DNA of 19,313 nucleotides from a bacterium. GTDB taxonomy: Archaea > Thermoplasmatota > E2 > JACPAO01 > JAHFTW01. Numbering within the stretch: position 1 is the stretch's first letter; each line of letters starts with the position of its first letter. This document shows positions 1-6,670 of this stretch, in pieces. The notes below the pieces were generated by a model that saw only the letters and a list, made by a program, of their open reading frames with translations, had not been told where the DNA came from and made no database searches. The stretch covers positions 1-19,313 of the forward strand of contig JAZJZE010000031.1 in NCBI GenBank assembly GCA_040390065.1. The letters run 5' to 3'. The position numbers and the translations under genes are program-made.

Positions 1-389
1 TGAAAGCCGCCACGACGTCCCACGCATAAGCCGACGTCGCCTAACCCGGTAGGGCTACGGCCAAGCAAGCTTGGCCGCAGCCGCGCCGTCCGGCTGCGCC
101 GGCCGGCGGGGCAGCGGTCTTGAAAGCCGCCACGACGTCCCACGCATAAGCCGACGTCGCCTAACCCGGTAGGGCTACGGCCAAGCAAGCTTGGCCGCAG
201 CCGCGCCGTCCGGCTGCGCCGGCCGGCGGGGCAGCGGTCTTGAAAGCCGCCACGACGTCCCACGCATAAGCCGACGTCGCCTAACCCGGTAGGGCTACGG
301 CCAAGCAAGCTTGGCCGCAGCCGCGCCGTCCGGCTGCGCCGGCCGGCGGGGCAGCGGTCTTGAAAGCCGCCACGACGTCCCACGCATAA
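1..389 (+). repeat. Exact 120-bp tandem array of tRNA-Ser 5'-half-derived units (full units start at 30, 150, 270; partial unit 1-29; may continue left of the window)
   Basis: Lines 1-120, 121-240 and 241-360 are identical. Unit = tRNA nt GCCGACGTCGCCTAACCCGGTAGGGC (26) + 57-nt insert + AGCGGTCTTGAAAGCCGCC anticodon arm (19) + 18-nt tail ACGACGTCCCACGCATAA. Confidence 0.97.
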
Positions 390-473
390 GCCGACGTCGC
401 CTAACCCGGTAGGGCAGCGGTCTTGAAAACCGCCGCGCGCGAGCGTTTCCAGGTTCAAATCCTGGCGTCGGCG
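390..473 (+). tRNA. tRNA-Ser (anticodon UGA), long variable arm, no encoded CCA
   Basis: Acceptor GCCGACG (390-396)/CGTCGGC (466-472), discriminator G473. D-arm GCCT-AACCCGGTA-GGGC. Anticodon arm GCGGT-CT TGA AA-ACCGC (TGA at 424-426). Variable arm CGCGCGCGAGCGTTT. T-arm CCAGG-TTCAAAT-CCTGG. Confidence 0.95.
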
Positions 474-572
474 TCGCTTGCTTTCATCTACCCGGGGATC
501 GTCAACCTTAGATCCAGCGGTTTCGTCCATCCCGCCGTGCTGACTTTCCCCATCAATCCACTGGACCGCGCC

Positions 573-1361
573 ATGGACTGGGACCTTCTCCATCGCTCCG
601 TCGTCAGCATCTTTGATTCGTACCACGCGCCAGAGCAGGACGTCCTTATCGAGGTCATCCAGAATTCCGTCGACGCAATCGAAGAGCGCGCGATTGAAGC
701 CAGCAAGAACAAGGAGAAATTTGTCCCCGAAATCCGCATTAGGATTGACACGGCCAAGAACGCTCTCGAAATCCACGACAACGGCGTTGGCGTGCCGGAA
801 TCCATCCTCCAGCAGTTGGGCTCCCCCCACAACACCAGCAAGAAGTCAGGCCGGCGACGGGGGCATAAGGGGGTGGGCCTGACTTACGTTGCCTGGTCAA
901 CCGAGAAATTTCGCTTTGCGACGAGACATGCGAACTCCAAGCAGCCCTACGCGGGTCTGTTGGCCGGCGCTAGCGACTGGGTACAGGACGGCGGTGGCCC
1001 CTGTCCAGTCATCCGAGAAGACTCCGCGTACGCCAAGGAACTGATTCCTGGCCCGTCCGGGGCATCGTTCTTTTTCCAGTTTCCACCGGCGGCGAGGGTG
1101 CTGAGCACGTTTCGCCGCCTAACCGCCGGCGGTCAGGAAGTCTTCCTTCGGACAAAAACGGCAATCGGCAATGTTGACTTGCCCCATGTGGACGAGAAGG
1201 ATGTAGACGATTGGATTTCTCGCGCGCGAGTTAGTGTGGTTGTTGACAACGGCCTTCCTCAGGAACTTCTTGGCCTTAACGGAGTGCCGCGATGCCTGCA
1301 ACGTGCGCTACTTCGTCGGCAACACGACCCTGCAACTCTCCGGCAAGGCCGTTGGTCGTGA
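573..1361 (+). pseudogene. GHKL (HATPase_c, Hsp90/MORC-like) ATPase, probably 3'-truncated near 1280
   Basis: GHKL motifs EVIQNSVDA, DNGVG and GHKGVG. The real start is probably ATG 573, because the ORF-track start at 423 lies inside the tRNA. Visibly lower GC than the rest of the window. The last ~27 codons read like an off-frame translation of the next ORF. Confidence 0.7.
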
Positions 1362-1797
1362 CAACTCGACGTATTCGTTCACGATTGATGCCGCGGGCAA
1401 GGGCTTGTGGCGCCTCAAGGACAAGGATGGGGACTTCAAGGTGTTCCACGGCGTCATGTTGGCGCACGGCGTCGTCACGGCCGCCAACGGGACCGTCGTG
1501 AAGGAGGGCGACTTCCGTGTCAAGGTCTTGGCCCGCAACACGCCGGATGGCTGGAAGTGGCAAGTCGTCTCGACGGGCGAGCGCCCGAACGGCATGCCGC
1601 GCCTCGTGGTTCGCGGTGAGGCGGAGAAGGTCAGCCCCGGTGTCTTCGACTTGACGGGCAAAGGCCACGCGGTGCTGCGCCTTGACGGCAAGGCGTTCTC
1701 GATGAAGATCCCGGAAGTCTCTGGCACGTTCACGCGCCAACTGCCGCCCGCGACGGCGCCGACGGCCAGTTCCGACGGTTCCTCGGCTGCGGCCTGA
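1279..1797 (+). pseudogene. Beta-rich hypothetical protein, apparently missing its N-terminus
   Basis: Strong host-like GC3 codon usage from ~1280 to TGA 1797. No credible start, promoter or signal peptide. The ORF-track start at 1234 overlaps the GHKL gene. Confidence 0.55.
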
Positions 1798-1809
1798 CGC
1801 ACGCAAGAG

Positions 1810-1953
1810 CGGCGGATGATGCCGGTTACGCTGAACCATTGATTTTCGGTGTCATCGGCGTCATCCCGGTTTTCCGCCGCAAGCCGCGGCCCAATCATGC
1901 CTGCCCGGAATCGAGCACACCGGACCACCACCTGATACAGGGCCGGGCAGGTT
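1810..1953. terminator. Two hairpins between convergent genes
   Basis: GATGATGCCGGTTACGCTGAA / TTCGGTGTCATCGGCGTCATC gives a 21-bp stem with 4 G.U pairs and 1 mismatch on the + strand. CCTGCCCGG/CCGGGCAGG gives a 9-bp stem followed by a pyrimidine tract. Confidence 0.35.
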
Positions 1954-1971
1954 CCCTTTCCCCTTTCCTTC

Positions 1972-2607
1972 CTATTCGTCGTCTTGCTTGTCCGCCCGCG
2001 GCCCGGGTACGAAGTTGACGAGAGCAATCTGTCCGAAGCCTTCCTCGCTCCATCCGGCAGCGTTGATGCAGCCGTAGTCCTGCGCGAAAGCGAAGCAGTC
2101 CATGTAGGGACGCTTGAGGATGTGGCCCAGGATGGCGCGGTTCGTTCCGGCATGGGCGGCCAGGACGACGGAGCGGCCCTTGAATTCGGCAAGCAGATTC
2201 GCGAGCGCCTCATCGATGCGCGCGGCAAACGCGTTTCCCGATTCGCCACCCGGGCACGCCACGGCGCCGGGGTCGGCTTGCCATTCCTCTGCGATGGCGG
2301 CATCGCTGCGCAGGATATCTTCCCACATCTTGCCTTCCCAGCTGCCGAAGTCCATCTCGGCGAAACCTGGCCGGACGTCGACGATCCTCCCGGACGCGGA
2401 GGCAAGGGGGCGCACGGTGTCCTTGGCGCGCCGGCGTGGACTTGCGACGATGGCGTCGACGGCGGCGCTTTCCAGGTAGACCTTGATGGCTTCCGCCTGG
2501 TGCTTCCCGAGGGGCGACAAGTCCGCTTCGCTGCGGCCGATGAAAGCGCCGACCTTGCCCGCCTCGATTTCACCGTGGCGAAGGAACCACAGGCGCGTCG
2601 GTTGCAC
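1972..2607 (-). CDS. Histidine phosphatase superfamily protein (phosphoglycerate mutase/CobC-like)
   Basis: LWFLRHGE motif right after GTG 2607; SPRRRA, EMDFGSWEG, GGES and AHAG motifs. Confidence 0.9.
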   Translation of the reverse strand: MQPTRLWFLRHGEIEAGKVGAFIGRSEADLSPLGKHQAEAIKVYLESAAVDAIVASPRRRAKDTVRPLASASGRIVDVRPGFAEMDFGSWEGKMWEDILRSDAAIAEEWQADPGAVACPGGESGNAFAARIDEALANLLAEFKGRSVVLAAHAGTNRAILGHILKRPYMDCFAFAQDYGCINAAGWSEEGFGQIALVNFVPGPRADKQDDE

Positions 2608-2704
2608 ACGGCGGCGACGGGGGTCGTGCTGATGACGCTTTGCGAGGACGGCCCGCCGTCCAGCCATCCGACGCCCTTTTCCCGCGCCGCGGATTGTTGC
2701 CCTC

Positions 2705-3013
2705 GTGGCCGGCTCCAGGCTCGGCACTCTCTTGCGCTACGGTGAGTCGGAGCTCGACCCTGCCGTCCAGGCTGAGATCCTGCTCGAATCGGCCCGCAAC
2801 GAGGCGCGCGCCGCCATCCTGGAACTGTTGGTCGCGGTGGGCTTCGGCGTCTGGTTCAAGTTCCGGGGCGAGGCGTTCCAGGCCGTCGCAATCTTTGCCA
2901 TCATCACGGTCCTTCCGCTGCTGGTGGACTCGCAGTTGCGCCGCAGTGCCGCGCGTCGCCTGCTCGGGCTGGCACCGCATCCGCCCAAGCCCGTGAAGCG
3001 GCACGAGAACTAG
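2705..3013 (+). CDS. Small membrane protein with two predicted TM helices
   Basis: 102 aa with two hydrophobic stretches. Divergent from the phosphatase. Its TAG overlaps the PIN stop in a CTAG at 3010-3013. Confidence 0.65.
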   Translation: MAGSRLGTLLRYGESELDPAVQAEILLESARNEARAAILELLVAVGFGVWFKFRGEAFQAVAIFAIITVLPLLVDSQLRRSAARRLLGLAPHPPKPVKRHEN

Positions 3014-3417
3014 TCGCTGCGTCCGCCGGAGCCGGCCTTCAGGAAGGCAAGGCGGCCTTGCTGGCGCGCAACGATGACGCGCAGCCCTGATTTCTGGCAC
3101 TCGGCCTGCAGTTTCTTGTCGTTGGTGAGGACGATGCCGCCGAGGCGTCGCGCCACTTCGAGGATGCCGTCGTCGCCCATCCGGCCCGTCGGCTCCGAGG
3201 CGCAGCGCTCCGAGAACTTGACAGCCATCTTGGCGGCGCGGCCGAGTTCGCCCCGGTTCTTCATGAGGTTCTTGAGTTCCGACAGCACGCTCGTCGGCAC
3301 ATGCATGGCGTACGGTGCGTCGAGGAGTTCTTCCAGGAGTTCCTCGAGGCGCGCGCCTTCGGTGAACGGCATGAGGATGGCGTTCGTGTCGAGGACGACG
3401 GGCAGGGGCTGCGTCAT
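3010..3417 (-). CDS. Fcf1/Utp24-like PIN-domain nuclease
   Basis: VVLDTNA, SVLSEL, GDDGI and VLTND acidic PIN motifs. ATGA overlap with the eif2g stop, the usual archaeal context. Confidence 0.9.
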   Translation of the reverse strand: MTQPLPVVLDTNAILMPFTEGARLEELLEELLDAPYAMHVPTSVLSELKNLMKNRGELGRAAKMAVKFSERCASEPTGRMGDDGILEVARRLGGIVLTNDKKLQAECQKSGLRVIVARQQGRLAFLKAGSGGRSD

Positions 3418-4706
3418 GCCTTCAGGACACCGTAGCCGATGAGGCGCCAGCGGCCACCGACGCGGCGGCTGACGGCGATGCGCGAGTCCGCCTCGACGGC
3501 GACGGGCAGTTTCAGGACGGCCTCGACGACGTGGTTGGCCGACTTCAGCACCATGCCGACGGTCGTGGCGGTGCCGACGTTGAGCATGAGGGGCTCCTTC
3601 ACCTTGATGGGCTCCACGGCGGCTTCGTCCTCGGCGCCGACGACGCGGTCCAGGAGTGTGACGTTCATGATCATGCGGTCGACCGTGTTCGGGAGCTTGC
3701 CGACGTGGCCGAGGGCGCGGCCGACGAGGTTGTCCGCCTTCGTGACGCTGGGGTCGAGTTCGGTGCCGACGGCGATGAGGCCGCCCGGTCCCGCGCGTTC
3801 GACTTGCTGGTTGCCGCAGTACAGGGCGACGACCTTGCTGCGTAGCGGCTTGTAGGTGGCCTTGCCGTCTGGCGTCTCGATGCGCAGGCCCGGCGTGACC
3901 TCGATCTCGTCGCCGACCTTGATGGTGCCGCGCGACAACGAGCCGCCCATGACGCCGCCCTTCAGTTTGTCGGGCCGCGTGCCGGGCTTGTTGATGTCGA
4001 AGCTGCGCGCCACGAGCATGACGGGCGCCGATTGCGGGTCGTGCTTCGGCGTCGGGATGGTCTTCTCGATGGCCTCGATGAGGGCCGAGATGTTGACGTC
4101 GTGGTGCGCCGAGATGGGAATGACGGGTGCGTGCTCGGCGACGGTGCCCTTCACGAATGCCTGGATCTCCCTGTAGTTCTCCATGGCGCGCTTCTCGTCG
4201 ACGAGGTCGATCTTGTTCTGCACGATGACGATGTTCTTGGCGCCGGCGATCTGCAGGGCCATGAGGTGTTCGCGCGTCTGCGGCTGCGGGCACTTCTCGT
4301 TCGCAGCCACGAGGAGGAGTGCACCGTCCATGAGGGCTGCACCCGAAAGCATCGTGGCCATCAGCGTCTCGTGGCCAGGGGCATCGACGAAGGAGACGCG
4401 TCGCAGCTTGGTTGCAGCGCCAGAGAGGCGCGCGTCCTCGGCGTGCGTGGTGAACAGGTCGTGGCCGTCCTTGTCCTTGCCCTTGAAGAAGGTCGTGTCC
4501 GCGTAGCCCAGCTTGATGCTGATGCCGCGCTTGATTTCCTCGGAGTGCTCGTCCGTCCACTTGCCGGAGAGCGCCTTCGTCAGCGTCGTCTTGCCGTGGT
4601 CGACGTGGCCGATGAGGCCAATGTTGACCTCGGGCTGCTCGAACGAAGCGGACGACTTCGGGGCCTCCGTCTGGAGGGTCTCGGTCGCCGGCTTCTTTGC
4701 TGCCAC
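3414..4706 (-). CDS. eif2g: Translation initiation factor 2 gamma subunit (aIF2-gamma)
   Basis: QPEVNIGLIGHVDHGKTT, RGISIKLGYA, DAPGHE, NKID and the C-terminal RWRLIGYG. Confidence 0.98.
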   Translation of the reverse strand: MAAKKPATETLQTEAPKSSASFEQPEVNIGLIGHVDHGKTTLTKALSGKWTDEHSEEIKRGISIKLGYADTTFFKGKDKDGHDLFTTHAEDARLSGAATKLRRVSFVDAPGHETLMATMLSGAALMDGALLLVAANEKCPQPQTREHLMALQIAGAKNIVIVQNKIDLVDEKRAMENYREIQAFVKGTVAEHAPVIPISAHHDVNISALIEAIEKTIPTPKHDPQSAPVMLVARSFDINKPGTRPDKLKGGVMGGSLSRGTIKVGDEIEVTPGLRIETPDGKATYKPLRSKVVALYCGNQQVERAGPGGLIAVGTELDPSVTKADNLVGRALGHVGKLPNTVDRMIMNVTLLDRVVGAEDEAAVEPIKVKEPLMLNVGTATTVGMVLKSANHVVEAVLKLPVAVEADSRIAVSRRVGGRWRLIGYGVLKA

Positions 4707-4729
4707 GGCTGCGGCCAGGAAGGGGGCCG

Positions 4730-4736
4730 TTAAAAG
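4730..4736 (-). promoter_or_regulatory. TATA-like box of eif2g (probably a leaderless transcript)
   Basis: CTTTTAA on the minus strand about 25 nt upstream of GTG 4706. Confidence 0.55.
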
Positions 4737-4757
4737 CGTAGGGCGATAGGGGCAGTC

Positions 4758-5582
4758 CTACAGGCTTGCCCCGGTTGGCACGAGGCGGATGCTGCCCTTC
4801 CACGCCTGCACCGGGAAGCGCAGCGCCGCGGTCGACTGGCCACTGCACGACGTGATTGCAAAGGTCTTCGCGATGGGAGCCGTCGCGCCGAACGAGCAGG
4901 ACACGAGAGTCCCTTGGGATGCCGGCTCGTCGACGTTGTAGTCGATGACCGCCGTGCCGTTGGACGTCTGCGTCCAGAAGCGCGCCAGGACCGCACTCTG
5001 TTGGGGGCCGGCCGCGACCAGTTGCAAGGCGTGGATGGGCATGCCACCGCTTTGCGCCGTGGCGTCACCGATGGAGGCGGCCGCCGTGTCCGTGATCTGG
5101 CCGCCGACGGCGAGCGGGCCGCCCGGGACGCCGAACTGTGTGAGCGTCGCCTGCAGCGTCGCGTTGCCGCTGTAGAACGACAATTGGTAGATGTCGAGGG
5201 TCGCAGCCGGGAGTTTGGCGCTGACGTTGGCAATCGTTGGCGGGTGCACGAAGATGCCCTCGAACGCCTCGCCAGCGCCGGCCGGACCGGAACCGCACGA
5301 GACGACGTTGAAGCCCAACGCCGCCTTGCCGGTGGGCGCGGGCAAGCCCAGGAGGTCGGAGGCGTCGCGCCACGTGTAGCCCGGCGGCAGCGCGGCTTGG
5401 ACGGGGGCAGGGTCAACCAGGAGCAGCCCGATCGACTCCGAGCAGCCCGCCTGGTCGTAGGGAATGATGATGGGCATGGGCGGCGGCGCGACGATGGGCC
5501 CGCTGCCGTCGTCCGAGGGCTGGGAGCAGCCTGAAAGAACAAGCATGAGGGCGGATGCAACGAGGAGGAGCCGTAGGGCCAT
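4758..5582 (-). CDS. Putative lipoprotein, unknown function
   Basis: MALRLLLVASALMLVLSGC lipobox, Pro-rich linker, host-like codon usage, T-rich box about 25 nt upstream. Confidence 0.8.
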   Translation of the reverse strand: MALRLLLVASALMLVLSGCSQPSDDGSGPIVAPPPMPIIIPYDQAGCSESIGLLLVDPAPVQAALPPGYTWRDASDLLGLPAPTGKAALGFNVVSCGSGPAGAGEAFEGIFVHPPTIANVSAKLPAATLDIYQLSFYSGNATLQATLTQFGVPGGPLAVGGQITDTAAASIGDATAQSGGMPIHALQLVAAGPQQSAVLARFWTQTSNGTAVIDYNVDEPASQGTLVSCSFGATAPIAKTFAITSCSGQSTAALRFPVQAWKGSIRLVPTGASL

Positions 5583-5637
5583 GGCGGCGCCGACCACCTG
5601 GACGCAAAAAGGTTTGCGCGAGGCGGGGAGGTCGGCT

Positions 5638-6009
5638 TTAGCGGCCGGGGGCCCCGATGCGGGCGATCTGGCCCTTGCGGGACGCGTTGAGGATCAAGGT
5701 GATGGGTGTTGCGACGAGCGAGATGATGCCCCACCAACCGAACATGGCCGTGTGCTTCTGGTACCTGCTGTAGACGAGGCGCAAACAGTCGCGGTAGAGC
5801 GGCTTCGTGATACGCTGGTGACGCATGAGGATGAGCATGCCCGTGTGCTTGTGGAACTTGACCAGGCCGACGGGCTTGACCTGCTTGCATCCGATGCACG
5901 TCGTGGGGGTCGCGCCTGGTGCAACTGCGCGCGCGACGGCGGCGGCGCCGGGGCGAGCCTGCGGTACGGCTGGGCGCACGAGGACAGGGCGGGCCACGGG
6001 GGCGTTCAT
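5638..6009 (-). CDS. Small membrane protein with CxxC and a GWWG motif
   Basis: ATG 6009; CIGC, LYRDC, and C-terminal hydrophobic FGWWGIISLVATPITLIL. Confidence 0.7.
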   Translation of the reverse strand: MNAPVARPVLVRPAVPQARPGAAAVARAVAPGATPTTCIGCKQVKPVGLVKFHKHTGMLILMRHQRITKPLYRDCLRLVYSRYQKHTAMFGWWGIISLVATPITLILNASRKGQIARIGAPGR

Positions 6010-6086
6010 CGGTCGCTGCGGAGCTGGGCCAGAGGGGACAACCACGATTTTTCCAGCCGGGAAGGCTGTAAGGCGTTGGTGGCAAC

Positions 6087-6578
6087 CTAGATGGTCGCCG
6101 TGACGCGCACGCTGACCTCGTGTGTCCCTTGCGGGTCCTGCTTGTCGGCGAGGTACACGACGAGGTAGTCGCCGGGCTCCGTGGCGCCGGCCACGCAGTC
6201 GCCGGACGAGTCGAGGTTGCCATACTGCGCGTCGCTGAAGGCCTTCTGGCTGACGAGCTTGGCGCCCAGATAGACGCGGCAGTTTGCAGCGAAGAGCTCC
6301 GCGCTGCGGTGGTGGCGGTGGAACGCGAAGGTGACGTTGCTGGCCCCGTCCGGCACCGTGACGTTGCCCATCACGAATTCGTCGGACGACGCAGTCGGTG
6401 GCGGCGGTGGCACGGGATTGGCGAAAGTCCGGTTGAGGACGGCAACCAGGAGGGTCTGCGGGGTGTGCGTCGGCGCCCCCGTTGTCGACGGCGACGAGGA
6501 CTCGATGGCCGGGGAGGCGCAGCCGGCCAAGATGACGAGAATTCCGAAGAGAACAACGGGCCCAGGAATGGGGCGCAT
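6087..6578 (-). CDS. Putative lipoprotein, unknown function
   Basis: VVLFGILVILAGC lipobox, Ser/Thr/Pro linker, beta-rich domain, CTTTTTG about 25 nt upstream. Confidence 0.8.
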   Translation of the reverse strand: MRPIPGPVVLFGILVILAGCASPAIESSSPSTTGAPTHTPQTLLVAVLNRTFANPVPPPPPTASSDEFVMGNVTVPDGASNVTFAFHRHHRSAELFAANCRVYLGAKLVSQKAFSDAQYGNLDSSGDCVAGATEPGDYLVVYLADKQDPQGTHEVSVRVTATI

Positions 6579-6670
6579 TGGGCGGGCCTAGCCCATCCGT
6601 GCAAAAAGGCTTGGCCTGGCTTGGTATCCCCTGGGAATGCTGCTGCGCCCCCAAGAGGCGGCAAGTGAGG

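Noticed and set aside
1-389. CRISPR array
   Set aside because: Units are fully identical with no variable spacers, there are no cas genes, and the sequence derives from the adjacent tRNA.
390-473. Selenocysteine or opal-suppressor tRNA
   Set aside because: The anticodon is UGA (reads UCA, Ser), not UCA, and the stems have ordinary 7/5 geometry.
423-572. N-terminal extension of the GHKL ORF
   Set aside because: It begins inside the tRNA anticodon loop; ATG 573 precedes the first GHKL motif at a normal distance.
1234-1361. Programmed frameshift fusing the GHKL ORF to the next ORF
   Set aside because: No slippery sequence, and the two parts differ in composition, so a breakpoint is the simpler explanation.
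1815-1953. C/D box sRNA, cobalamin riboswitch or tRNA fragment
   Set aside because: ATGATGC and CTGA are present but there is no properly placed terminal D box. No B12 box or cloverleaf could be built, and the region is downstream of both genes.
3418-4848. 612-aa ORF extending the PIN protein
   Set aside because: Alternative-frame, Arg-rich shadow of eif2g; only 3010-3417 is credible.
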